This document shows, in pieces, positions 36,661-46,164 of a DNA stretch of 64,000 nt. The notes under the pieces were generated by a model. It searched no databases and was not told where the DNA came from. It saw only the letters and a program-made list of their open reading frames with translations. The stretch lies in NCBI GenBank assembly GCA_049510745.1, contig JBEKYR010000005.1, forward strand, positions 96,001 through 160,000, in the 5' to 3' direction. The stretch comes from Verrucomicrobiota bacterium (lineage in GTDB: Bacteria > Verrucomicrobiota > Verrucomicrobiia > Limisphaerales > Palsa-1400). A program made the translations under genes and the position numbers. The first letter of the stretch is position 1, and each line of letters opens with the position of its first letter.

Positions 36661-38691
36661 TCACCATATAACGGCGCGCACGGCGGGCGGGCGCCACATC
36701 GGGGCGCCTTCCTTGATGCCAAAGGCATCGTAGAATTCCTGCAAATTCGACTCCGGCCCGATGCCGCGAAATTGGCCCGGCGAATGCGGATCCACCGTGA
36801 TCAGCCGCCGTTGCTCGGCTTCGCGCCAGTTCACCCGCCAAATCTGCGCGAACGACAGGAAAAACCGCTGCTCAGGCGTGAAGCCGTCGATCTTCTTGCG
36901 CTTTTCCGGGTGATTGGCCAGGTCGCGTTCCAGGGCCTCGTAGGAAAGACTGACCCCTCCCAGGTCGGCGATGTTTTCGCCCAACGTCAGCCGGCCGTTG
37001 ACATGCAGACCGGGCAGGGCCTCGTAACCGCTGTATTGATCGACCAATTTTTGCGCGCGCGCGTCAAAGGCCTCCGCGTCCTCTTTCGTCCACCAGTCGT
37101 TAAGATTGCCGTCGGCGTCGAATTTGCGCCCCTCGTCGTCGTAGCCGTGCGTCATTTCGTGTCCGATGACCGCGCCGATCGCCCCGTAGTTGACCGCGTC
37201 GTCCATTGTGATGTCGAAAAACGGCGGCTGCAAAATGCCGGCCGGGAAAACGATCTCGTTTTGCGGGGGATTGAAGTAGGCGTTGACGGTTTGCGGGGTC
37301 ATTTCCCACTCGCTTTTATCGACCGGCTTGCCGATGCGGGCCAGCTCGCGTTTGGACTCAAAAATCGCGGCGCGGCGGACGTTGCCCAGGTAATCGTCGC
37401 GCCGGATTTCCACGCTGGAATAATCGCGGAAGTTGGCGGGGTAGCCGACTTTTTGGGAGAAGCGGTCGAATTTCGCCAGAGCTTTGGCGCGGGTCGCCCC
37501 GGTCATCCACGGCACTTTCGCCAGGCGCGCGCGAAAGACTCCCTTGAGATTGTCAATCAAATCGTTCATCCGCGCGCGGGCGTCGGGCGGGAAATACTTC
37601 TCGACATAGAGCTGGCCGAGCGCTTCGCCAATGGAAGCGTCGATGATGCGGGCGGCGCGCTGCCAGCGCGGTTCCTGGGCCGGCTGGCCGCGCAGGACGC
37701 GCCCGTTAAACGCGAAGGACTCCTCCTCGAACGCCGCCGGCAGCCGCGGGGCGGCGGCGCGCAGCACGTGCCAGCGCAAATAAATCTTCCAATCCTCCAG
37801 CGGACGCTCCCGCACCAGGCCGTCCAGCGCGGCGAAGAATTCCGGCTGCCGGATGACCAGCTCCGGCAGGGCGGGAATGCCGGCGGCTGTAAAGAATGTT
37901 TCCAGGTTGAGGCCGGGGTATTTGGCCTCGGCCTCGGTCGCGGTGAATTTATGATAGTTGGCGACGGGGTCGCGCAGATCGGCCCGGGGTTTGCTCGCTT
38001 TGGCCAGGGCGGTTTCCAAATCGAGGATTTTCGCCGCCGCCGCCTGGGCCGCCTCCTCCGCCGCGCCGGCCAGGGCCAGCATTTTGGCCACGTGCGCCGC
38101 GTAGGCCGCGCGTTGTTTGGCGAAAGCCTCCGTCAGATAGTAGTCGCGGTCGGGCATTCCCAGCCCGCCCTGGCCGAAATAAAGCGCATAGACCGCGCTG
38201 TTTCTGTCATCCGCCGCCACAGACGACCGAAACATGGCGCTCACGTCCCGCGTTTGTAGCTCGGCCAAAAACCGCATCATTTCCGCCGGCGACGACAGCG
38301 CGTCAATCCGGGCCAAATCGTCGCGCAATGGCCCCAGGCCCAGTTGTTCAATGCGATTGGTGTTCATGGCCGACGCAAAAAAATCGCCCGCTTCGCGGAC
38401 GGGCGAATGGGCGGGGGCGGCCTCGGCGGCGGCGGCGGATTCCAGGAGGCCGCGCAGCAAATTCCAGTTGCGCTGCTGCAATTCATCGAAGCCCGCCCAG
38501 CGCGCCTTGTCGGCCGGCACCGGGTTATTCTTCAGCCATGTCCCGCAGGCATAGCGGAAGAAGTCGGCGCCCGGATCAACCGTTTGATCCATATTATTGA
38601 CGGAAAACCGGGGCACATCCATCCCCGCCGGGAGCGCGGCGACGGCCGATGCCAGCAAGAAGCCGGCGCCAAAGAGGGTCCTCATTTGCAT
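36661..38691 (-). CDS. M13 family zinc metalloendopeptidase (PepO-like), secreted
   Basis: DFFRYACG.W, VNAYF, FPAGILQPP, GHEMTHGYD, GENIAD, DPHSP. Confidence 0.96.
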   Translation of the reverse strand: MQMRTLFGAGFLLASAVAALPAGMDVPRFSVNNMDQTVDPGADFFRYACGTWLKNNPVPADKARWAGFDELQQRNWNLLRGLLESAAAAEAAPAHSPVREAGDFFASAMNTNRIEQLGLGPLRDDLARIDALSSPAEMMRFLAELQTRDVSAMFRSSVAADDRNSAVYALYFGQGGLGMPDRDYYLTEAFAKQRAAYAAHVAKMLALAGAAEEAAQAAAAKILDLETALAKASKPRADLRDPVANYHKFTATEAEAKYPGLNLETFFTAAGIPALPELVIRQPEFFAALDGLVRERPLEDWKIYLRWHVLRAAAPRLPAAFEEESFAFNGRVLRGQPAQEPRWQRAARIIDASIGEALGQLYVEKYFPPDARARMNDLIDNLKGVFRARLAKVPWMTGATRAKALAKFDRFSQKVGYPANFRDYSSVEIRRDDYLGNVRRAAIFESKRELARIGKPVDKSEWEMTPQTVNAYFNPPQNEIVFPAGILQPPFFDITMDDAVNYGAIGAVIGHEMTHGYDDEGRKFDADGNLNDWWTKEDAEAFDARAQKLVDQYSGYEALPGLHVNGRLTLGENIADLGGVSLSYEALERDLANHPEKRKKIDGFTPEQRFFLSFAQIWRVNWREAEQRRLITVDPHSPGQFRGIGPESNLQEFYDAFGIKEGAPMWRPPAVRAVIW

Positions 38692-38760
38692 GGCGCCAGC
38701 GTAGCGGGGCCGGTGGCGAGATTCAACCCCCATCAAACGGCGGCCGCTCCTTGCGCCAGA

Positions 38761-39186
38761 TTACGACTCTGCCCAGCGGTCCAGGATCCGGCGTTCCTTT
38801 TTCGTCGGTCGGCCCGCGCCTTTCGGGCGATACCCAATCGGACGGAAAGCGGGCGCGCGCGCCTTCTCAAATTCGGAGGCCGGCGTCTGGTCCTGGACAA
38901 ACTCGCGCGCCTTGGGCGCGCCGACCCGGTGATCGAGCAATTGCAGCACTTTGAACGTGCGCGTCAGGTTGTCTTTGAGCACGACGATGAGGTCGTTGAT
39001 TCTGACCTCGCGCGCCGGCTTGGCCGGCTGGCCGGAAATGGTGACGCGGCCCTGGCGGCAGGCCGCCGCGGCCAGGCTGCGGGTCTTGAAAACGCGCACC
39101 GCCCACAGCCATTTGTCCAGGCGCACGGAGGGAGCGCGGGTATCCGGGAAAGGCGCTGCTTGGGGATCGGCGTCGCGGGGCGTCAT
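38761..39186 (-). CDS. hslR: S4-domain ribosome-associated heat-shock protein Hsp15
   Basis: VRLDKWLWAVRVFKTRSLA, GRPTKKERR. Confidence 0.92.
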   Translation of the reverse strand: MTPRDADPQAAPFPDTRAPSVRLDKWLWAVRVFKTRSLAAAACRQGRVTISGQPAKPAREVRINDLIVVLKDNLTRTFKVLQLLDHRVGAPKAREFVQDQTPASEFEKARAPAFRPIGYRPKGAGRPTKKERRILDRWAES

Positions 39187-39343
39187 GCGCCCAATCTTCA
39201 ATGACCGTTCCCGATTTTCAATGACCAATTTTCAAGCGCCTTTCAGAAGGGTTGCCAGCCGGGATGCGCCCCCTTACAAATGCCGCGCTTGGTTGTAATT
39301 GATCCTGCCCTGCGGGCACGATAGCCTCGCTTGACATGACGCC

Positions 39344-39721
39344 ATGAAACGGACCAAGCGCAGCAAACGCATTCGTCTCTTGCTCATCGGCGGGTTGTCG
39401 GCTGGCGCCCTGGCCGGATGCGCCCCCGCCGGGAAAGCGCCTCTCAGCACGGACAACGTCTATACCAATAATTATTACGTTCCCGGCGTCGGATACTACC
39501 ACGCGCCCTTCCGCGCCTGGTATCCGTTTCCCTACAACCATTTCGATGCCAGGACCCAACGCTACTATGCCGGCGGGCGCTGGGTGCCGGCGCCATTCGA
39601 GAGCATTACCAATGTTTCTTCGCCCTCACCCCAAACTGCCGCCTCCGCCGACGCCATGCGCACGGACATCACACGGGGCGGCTTCGGCTGCGTGGGCGGC
39701 GGTCATTCGATCCACGCCTGA
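39344..39721 (+). CDS. YgiB/DUF1190-like lipoprotein
   Basis: MKRTKRSK..LAGC lipobox; C-terminal ITRGGFG; coupled to the ygiC-like gene. Confidence 0.7.
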   Translation: MKRTKRSKRIRLLLIGGLSAGALAGCAPAGKAPLSTDNVYTNNYYVPGVGYYHAPFRAWYPFPYNHFDARTQRYYAGGRWVPAPFESITNVSSPSPQTAASADAMRTDITRGGFGCVGGGHSIHA

Positions 39722-40845
39722 TGATGCAACGCCATTGCTGCCAACCCAGACCCGATTGGCCCGCCAAGGTCGAGAGCATCGGCCTGACGTATCACTCGCA
39801 CGAGACCGGCCCTTATTGGGACGAATCGGCCTGCTACGAACTGACCGCCCGCGAAGTCGATGTTCTCGAAGCGGCCGCCAACACGCTGCATTTCCTCTGC
39901 ATCGAAGCCGCCGAAGCGGTCATCAAAAATAATTGGTGGCCGCGCCTGGGCATTCCCGCCGCCGCCGTTCCCACCCTGTTGCGCTCGTGGGAACGCGATG
40001 ATTTCAGCCTCTATGGACGGTTCGATTTGAGCTTCGACGGGGTGACGCCGCCCAAATTGCTGGAATACAACGCCGACACGCCCACCGCGCTGGTCGAAGC
40101 GGCGGTGGCCCAGTGGTTCTGGCTGCGCGACACGCATCCCGACGCCGATCAGTTCAATTCGATCCACGAGCGCCTCATCGCCGCCTGGCGCCGCTGGCGG
40201 GGGAAAACCGTTCATTTCACCAGCATCCGGGAGAACGCCGAGGACGAGATGACGGTGCTCTATCTGCGGGACACATGCGAGCAGGCCGGCGCGCCGACCA
40301 AGCCGGTCTGCATCGAGGACATCGGCTGGGACGCCCGCCGGGAAATTTTTGTTGACCTGGACCTCCAGCGCATCGAGCAGTGCTTCAAGCTGTATCCGTG
40401 GGAATGGCTGTGGCACGAGGAGTTTGGCGTCCACCTGGACAAGGACGCTGTGCAGTTCATCGAACCGGCCTGGAAAATGGCTCTGAGCAACAAGGGTCTG
40501 CTGCCGATTTTGTGGCGGCTCTTCCCCGATCATCCCAATCTGCTGCCGGCCTACGAGTTTGCCGGCCCGCTGGAGGGCCGTTATGTGCGCAAACCGATTC
40601 TGAGCCGGGAAGGCAACAACGTCCTCTGGGTCGAGGGCGGCGTGGTCGTCGAGGAGACCGGCGGCGATTACGGCGAGGAAGGCCACATCTACCAGGCGCC
40701 GGCCTCCCTGCCCGATTTCGACGGCAAGCACCCGGTCTTTGGCGTCTGGGTGGTTGACCACGAGGCGGCCGGACTCGGCATTCGCGAGGACAATTGCCGC
40801 ATCACCGGCAATCTCAGCCGCTTTGTCCCGCATTTTTTCCGGTGA
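39721..40845 (+). CDS. Glutathionylspermidine synthase-family ATP-grasp ligase (YgiC-like)
   Basis: YWDES, YGRFD, LEYNADTPT, QFNSIHE, FKLYPWEW, SNK, KP..SREG.N, GIRED, RFVPH. Confidence 0.95.
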   Translation: MMQRHCCQPRPDWPAKVESIGLTYHSHETGPYWDESACYELTAREVDVLEAAANTLHFLCIEAAEAVIKNNWWPRLGIPAAAVPTLLRSWERDDFSLYGRFDLSFDGVTPPKLLEYNADTPTALVEAAVAQWFWLRDTHPDADQFNSIHERLIAAWRRWRGKTVHFTSIRENAEDEMTVLYLRDTCEQAGAPTKPVCIEDIGWDARREIFVDLDLQRIEQCFKLYPWEWLWHEEFGVHLDKDAVQFIEPAWKMALSNKGLLPILWRLFPDHPNLLPAYEFAGPLEGRYVRKPILSREGNNVLWVEGGVVVEETGGDYGEEGHIYQAPASLPDFDGKHPVFGVWVVDHEAAGLGIREDNCRITGNLSRFVPHFFR

Positions 40846-40846
40846 C

Positions 40847-42016
40847 ATGAACTTTGGCAATCCAACGCGAATCCGAGCGGGCATGGCCGCGACTATTTTC
40901 GCGCGCGCTTATCGGGTCGTGGGCCGCGCGGTGCTCGGGGTGACCGAGTCAGGCTCCAATTATTATTGGAACGAGTATTACCTGGAAACCGCCGGCGGCG
41001 ACGAGGCCACGCTCGTTTTTGAAGAAACCGCGCGCGGCGGCGTGTGGCGCTTTTTCACGATGTTCGATCCGGAGAACCCGATCACCGCCGAGGACGCCGC
41101 CACCAAACGCCCGGGCGACCCTCTGAACCTCGACGGCACGCCTCTGTTCGTGACGCGCGTCGATCAATCCCGCGTCTTTTTCACCGAAGGCAAGATGCCC
41201 GAAGGGGTCAAAGTCGGGCAACTGGCGAAGTACTTCAACGCCGAAGCCGGCGACAGAATGATCGTGGTCAGTTGGACCGGCGACGAGGTGGAATGTTATT
41301 CGGGCGAGAGGATCAGGAGCCGTCTGCTGGCCGGCGCGTTCAATCTTCAAGGATGGAGTTCGTCCAGTTTTGTGCTCTTGAACGGCAGGCGTGGATTCAA
41401 CCGGGTTTTCCTGGTCCCTGTGTTTGTCCTGGCCTGTTTCGGTTTCGTGTTGACCAGGATTTTTTCCAACGCGCGGCCTCCAAGGCGCCCGCCCGCCGCG
41501 GCCGTTTTCAACGCGCCGGCGTTTCCGTTGCCGCTCGGCGCGACCGGCGTCTTGCAGGGAGCGCATTATCAAATCACCGGCCGGGCGCTGGTGGAATTCT
41601 CCGAGGTGGGCCTGCGCCTCCAGCGCCACCAATTCAGCCTGCGCGACGACGACGGCGCCGAAGTCCTGCTGCTGGACGATCCAAGACCGACGACGAATTG
41701 GTTTCTCTGCGCGCCGCTGCATCCGGAGCACACGCTGACACCGCAACAGGCCGGCAACCTCGGCCGCGGCCAGGCAGTCAATCTGGACGGACGCACCGCG
41801 CGTGTGACCGAACTTTTCCGCTGCGCCATCCTCCAGTCCGAGGCCCCGGTGCCGGGCGGCCTCAAACCCGGCGATGTCTTCTACGGTTTTATCGGCCCGA
41901 TGGGTTCCGACTTCCTTCTCGCCCGCTGGAACGAAAGGAGCATCACCTGGTATGCGGCGGCGCCGTTGCCCGCCTCAGCCGTCCTCGCCGCCTTCGGCCC
42001 CTCGGCGGAAAAATAG
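40847..42016 (+). CDS. DUF4178-like duplicated-domain membrane protein
   Basis: Two similar 'Y...GR......W/R.E/Q..L....G.E..L' domains around a central TM helix; 1-bp gap after the ygiC-like gene. Confidence 0.65.
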   Translation: MNFGNPTRIRAGMAATIFARAYRVVGRAVLGVTESGSNYYWNEYYLETAGGDEATLVFEETARGGVWRFFTMFDPENPITAEDAATKRPGDPLNLDGTPLFVTRVDQSRVFFTEGKMPEGVKVGQLAKYFNAEAGDRMIVVSWTGDEVECYSGERIRSRLLAGAFNLQGWSSSSFVLLNGRRGFNRVFLVPVFVLACFGFVLTRIFSNARPPRRPPAAAVFNAPAFPLPLGATGVLQGAHYQITGRALVEFSEVGLRLQRHQFSLRDDDGAEVLLLDDPRPTTNWFLCAPLHPEHTLTPQQAGNLGRGQAVNLDGRTARVTELFRCAILQSEAPVPGGLKPGDVFYGFIGPMGSDFLLARWNERSITWYAAAPLPASAVLAAFGPSAEK

Positions 42017-42062
42017 TTTCAATTCTTGGTGGCGGACCCCGGGAAGTTTGGGCATATCAAAC

Positions 42063-42378
42063 CAGTTTTTGAACAATCCCCAGGCCGGGACGCCGCCGCC
42101 GCGCGCAGGCGGGATCGGTCCCTCCCGCCGGCATCTCACCGGCGGAAATCAGGCCGCGGCAACAGGCACCATTTGGTCAACAGATTGAGGGTATCGCCAT
42201 GGATTTAGGCGAATTCAAAATTGAGACTCCCCGCATTGAAGCCGGAATGCGGGGAGTCTAAATTCAAATTTCCCCTCTGTCGAGAAAAATGTGGAATCCG
42301 GGCGGGCCGAGGGCGTATCTCGGTTTTTGGACCTGCTGCGACCGTGTCCGATCCCTGCCAAAAACTGAGAGGCGCGCC
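42063..42378 (+). mobile_element. MITE-like repeat, copy 1
   Basis: Near-identical to the reverse complement of 50035-50393; right end CCAAAAACTGAGAGGCGCGCC; internal 14-bp perfect stem at 42224-42259. Confidence 0.8.
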
Positions 42379-42451
42379 GCAATTCAATCAGCGGAACGAA
42401 TTCTTTGTATTTCGCTTCCCTCGCCGGCTTGTGGTAAATGTTGTCATCGGA

Positions 42452-43900
42452 ATGAAAAAAACGTCCTCAAAACGCAACTCGCCGGCGTGGGACCTCGCCA
42501 TTGTGGGCGGCGGCAGCGCCGGGTATGCGGCGGCGCGCGCCGCCGCGGCGGAGGGCTTGCGCACGGTGGTGATCGAGGGCGGCGATGAGGTGGGCGGATT
42601 GTGCATTCTGCGCGGGTGCATGCCGAGCAAGGCTTTGCTCTACGCTGCCGACGTCTTGCACCTGGCGCGTTCGGCGGGGACCTGGGGGTTGTCCGTTCGC
42701 CGGGCGGGCTTTGATTTCCGGGCGGTCATGGCGCGCAAGAAGGCCATGATCGCCGATTTCGCGCGGTCTCGACGCGAGGAATTGGCCGCGGGAAAATTCA
42801 AATTCATCCGGGCGCTGGCCCGGTTCGTCGATCCGCACACGCTGGCGCTGAGCAACGCGCGGGAAGCCGCCCCGCCCACCGTCACGGCCAAACATTTCAT
42901 CCTCTGCACCGGCTCGGTCGTGGCGCCGCCGCCCCTGCCGGCCTTGAACGGCATCGGGTTTCTGACCAGCGATGACGCGCTGTCATTGCGGCGGCTGCCG
43001 CCGTCGCTGATCGTTTTGGGCGGCGGGCCGGTCGCGGTCGAGTTGGCGCAGTTCTTCTGCCGGTTCGATGTCGAGGTCACGTTGCTTCAGCGGAGCGAGC
43101 ATGTGTTGCGCGGCTTTGACGCGGATGCGGCGGTCGTCCTGGAAAAGGTGTTGCGGCGCGAGGGCGTCCAACTCTGGACCGGCACGAAATTGCTGGGCGC
43201 ATTTCAACTGGGCCGGCAGAGGGGCATCGCGCTGTCGCGCCAGGGCCGACGCGGACGGGTCCTGGCGCGGCGAATCCTGCTGGCGCTGGGGCGCGCGCCA
43301 GCCACGGCGGGCCTGGGCCTGGATAAGGCCGGCGTGGAAACCGACGGCGGACGCATCCGCACCAACGCCGAAATGCAAACCAGCGCGCCCCACATCTACG
43401 CGGCGGGCGATTGCACCGGGCCGCACGAGATTGTCCATATCGCCATCGAGCAGGGGGAGATCGCGGCCCACAACATCGCCCGGCCGCGCCGGAAACGGGC
43501 GATGGACTACCGATTGTTGACAAGCGTCGTGTTTACCGATCCCCAAGTGGCGGCGGTGGGGCTGACCGAGAAGGAAGCGCGGCGGCGCAACATTTCTTAC
43601 CTGGCCGCCAGCCACCCCTTCGCCGATCACGGCAAATCGCTCATCATGGCGGCCACGGACGGGTTTGTGAAGTTGCTGGCCGATCCGGTTTCGGGCGAAA
43701 TCCTGGGCGGCGCCTGCGTCGGGCCGCTGGGCGGCGAACTGATCCACGAGATCGTCGCCGCCATGCACCAGCGCATGACGGCGGGCCAACTGGCGGCCAT
43801 GCCGCATTATCATCCGACCCTGGCGGAGATTTGGAGTTATCCGGCGGCCGAACTGGAGCGCCAGCGCCAGGCTGGCGGTCTCAAGGGCAATCAGCGATAG
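42452..43900 (+). CDS. Class I pyridine nucleotide-disulfide oxidoreductase (Lpd/MerA-like)
   Basis: GGGSAG, GGLCILRGCMPSK, LGGG..A.E, YAAGD, HYHPTLAE; no C-terminal Cys pair. Confidence 0.9.
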   Translation: MKKTSSKRNSPAWDLAIVGGGSAGYAAARAAAAEGLRTVVIEGGDEVGGLCILRGCMPSKALLYAADVLHLARSAGTWGLSVRRAGFDFRAVMARKKAMIADFARSRREELAAGKFKFIRALARFVDPHTLALSNAREAAPPTVTAKHFILCTGSVVAPPPLPALNGIGFLTSDDALSLRRLPPSLIVLGGGPVAVELAQFFCRFDVEVTLLQRSEHVLRGFDADAAVVLEKVLRREGVQLWTGTKLLGAFQLGRQRGIALSRQGRRGRVLARRILLALGRAPATAGLGLDKAGVETDGGRIRTNAEMQTSAPHIYAAGDCTGPHEIVHIAIEQGEIAAHNIARPRRKRAMDYRLLTSVVFTDPQVAAVGLTEKEARRRNISYLAASHPFADHGKSLIMAATDGFVKLLADPVSGEILGGACVGPLGGELIHEIVAAMHQRMTAGQLAAMPHYHPTLAEIWSYPAAELERQRQAGGLKGNQR

Positions 43901-43982
43901 GAAAATGGCCGCCGCATTCCAGCTTGCGCCCCCGGCGGGTTGGCGGCATTTTTCTCAGTGACGTAATCTGACGGAGCCCGTT

Positions 43983-44489
43983 ATGCCGATTTACGAATTT
44001 GCCTGTCCTCACTGCCGGAGAATTTTCAACTTTCTTTCCAAAAGGTTGCAGTCCGGGCGCGCGCCCGTCTGCCCCAAGTGCGGCCATCGAAAGATGATCA
44101 AACAAGTCAGCGCCTTCGCCACCCCGCGCGGCCGGGCTGAGCCTGCGACCGCGACGGACGACGGGCCGGACACCGGCCCGATGCCCAACCCGGACGATCC
44201 GCGCGTCGCCCGGGCCATGTCCGAGATGGAACGCGACATGGAGCAGATGGACGAGAACAACCCCCGGCAGATGGCGCATCTGATGAAGAAGATGAAGGAC
44301 CTCATGCCCGCGGGCGCGGTTCCCAAAGAGCTGGACGTCGCCATCAAACGGCTCGAAGCGGGCGAAGACCCGGAAAAAATCGAGGCGGACATGGGCGATC
44401 TCCTGGGGGATTTCATGGGCGGCGAAGAGGGCGGGGGCGCCGGTGGCGGCGGCGGTTACACCCACGACAGCGGACTCTACGATTATTGA
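43983..44489 (+). CDS. FmdB-family zinc-ribbon protein
   Basis: MPIYEFACPHC...CPKCG. Confidence 0.9.
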   Translation: MPIYEFACPHCRRIFNFLSKRLQSGRAPVCPKCGHRKMIKQVSAFATPRGRAEPATATDDGPDTGPMPNPDDPRVARAMSEMERDMEQMDENNPRQMAHLMKKMKDLMPAGAVPKELDVAIKRLEAGEDPEKIEADMGDLLGDFMGGEEGGGAGGGGGYTHDSGLYDY

Positions 44490-44576
44490 CATCTGCGCCG
44501 GGCCGTTTTGCCGCTTGCCGTTCGGAACGCACTAATCAGTTGATTTCCCGGCGGCGGCTTGATATGAAAAACGGCC

Positions 44577-45059
44577 ATGACGCGCGCTCGAATCATATTG
44601 CTGGCTTCCATTCTGGCGGTGGCCGCGGCGGCCCTCCTGCTGCCGGCCACCCGGGACGAACTGGCCTGGCGCTGGGCGCAATCGCAGGATGAGGCGCCCA
44701 ATTACATGAATTACTTCACCGAATGGCCCAAAGGACGCCACGTGATCGAGGCCAGAAACCGCTACGCTCAACGCCAGTGGGCCGCCACCAAAAGAGCCCT
44801 CATCCGTCAAGCCTACCAGCAGGCCGCCCATACCAACACCGCTCCCGGCGCCGACGCCGCCTATCGCAGGGAACAACGACTCCGGCGCGAGGTTTTTTTC
44901 TGGAAGCAGGCGGCCATCGCCAACACCCCCGAGAGTTACAAGGATTACCTGGATCAATATCCCCGCGGCAAGTTCGTCGCTCAGGCGCGCGCCCAACTCC
45001 AATCCCTCAGCCACCCCGACGACGGCGCTCAAGCGGCCACCAACGCGCCCCCGCAATAA
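44577..45059 (+). CDS. Exported hypothetical protein with two helical-hairpin repeats
   Basis: Signal/TM segment; W..A......Y..Y...(W/Y)P.G.....AR occurs twice. Confidence 0.7.
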   Translation: MTRARIILLASILAVAAAALLLPATRDELAWRWAQSQDEAPNYMNYFTEWPKGRHVIEARNRYAQRQWAATKRALIRQAYQQAAHTNTAPGADAAYRREQRLRREVFFWKQAAIANTPESYKDYLDQYPRGKFVAQARAQLQSLSHPDDGAQAATNAPPQ

Positions 45060-45092
45060 CACGCCCGTCAAGCGAGCCGTTCCCGCGGCCGC

Positions 45093-46139
45093 TCACTTCT
45101 TATCCGCCGGCGGCTGCGACCCGCCTTCGTCCAGGATTTTGACGTCGGCGGCGGCCTTGAGCTTGGCCATGTAGGCGGGCAGACCTTTTTTCACCCCCTG
45201 GCCGATCAGGTAATCGCGGATGCGCGGGGAAGCCTCGGCCAGAGTCACCTTCGAGGCGGGAAGTTTTTCCAGCAGTTTGATGATGTGGTAGCCGTACTGG
45301 GTCTCCACCAGGTCGCTGATTTGGTTGGTCTTGAGCGAGAACGCGGCCGCCTCGAATTCCGGCACCATTTTGCCGCGCGCAAAGGTGTATTCGCCCCCTT
45401 TGTTCTTTGAGCCGGGATCGTCCGAATACTGCTTGACCAGGGCGGAAAAATCCTCGCCTTTCTCGGCCCGTCCTCTCAACTCGTTGGCCAGTTTCTCCTT
45501 TTCCTTCTTCTGCTCCGGCGGCAACAGGCTGTGGGTCGCCGGATCGAGCGTGGACACCAAAATGTGGGCCGCATGCACCCGTTCGGGCACCTCGAATTCC
45601 GACGGGTGGTCGTCATAAAACTTCTTGATGTCGGCCTCCGAGATGGTGATGTCGTTGGTCGTTTCGCGCAGGATGACCTGGCGGCAAACCTGCTCGTCCA
45701 GCGCCTGCTTGCGCATTTTCTCCAGCGTCATGCCGCTGGCCTTGATCTGCGCTTCAAAGGCCGCCGGGCTGGGGGCGTTGGAGCGGGCGTCGGCGATGGC
45801 CTGATCGACCATCACTTGCGTCTTGCTTCGGTCCTCGTCGGTGGCCTTTTGCAGGAGTATTTGGTTGATAATCAGATGATCGAGCAGATTGGAGCGGATG
45901 GTCGCCCGCTCCGACTCCTCCACCGTCCCGCCGCGGGCGGCGATGTTGGCGCTGTAATTGAGATAGGCCTCGTTGAGCTGGCTGCGCTTGATCTCGAAGC
46001 CCTTGCCGGTCGCGACAATCGCGTCGGCAAAAAGCCCGTTGGTGTTATCGGGCGCGGCGGCCCGGGCGTGGAAAACAAGCGCCAGCAGGCTCAACGCCAG
46101 CGTGGCCGGCAGCGCCGGCCCTTTTACAAAGGAGTTCAT
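45093..46139 (-). CDS. Parvulin-type peptidyl-prolyl isomerase (PrsA/SurA-like)
   Basis: HAAHILV, YSDDPGSK.KGG, MVPEFE.AAF, VETQYGYHIIK. Confidence 0.95.
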   Translation of the reverse strand: MNSFVKGPALPATLALSLLALVFHARAAAPDNTNGLFADAIVATGKGFEIKRSQLNEAYLNYSANIAARGGTVEESERATIRSNLLDHLIINQILLQKATDEDRSKTQVMVDQAIADARSNAPSPAAFEAQIKASGMTLEKMRKQALDEQVCRQVILRETTNDITISEADIKKFYDDHPSEFEVPERVHAAHILVSTLDPATHSLLPPEQKKEKEKLANELRGRAEKGEDFSALVKQYSDDPGSKNKGGEYTFARGKMVPEFEAAAFSLKTNQISDLVETQYGYHIIKLLEKLPASKVTLAEASPRIRDYLIGQGVKKGLPAYMAKLKAAADVKILDEGGSQPPADKK

Positions 46140-46164
46140 TTTTATTTGTTTCTGTTGTTTGTCG

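Noticed and set aside
42221..42451. N-terminal extension of the oxidoreductase ORF and small ORFs within the repeat
   Set aside because: They derive from the MITE-like repeat; family similarity begins after ATG 42452.
42452..43900. Mercuric reductase (merA) call
   Set aside because: No C-terminal Cys pair, no N-terminal HMA domain, no mer genes nearby.
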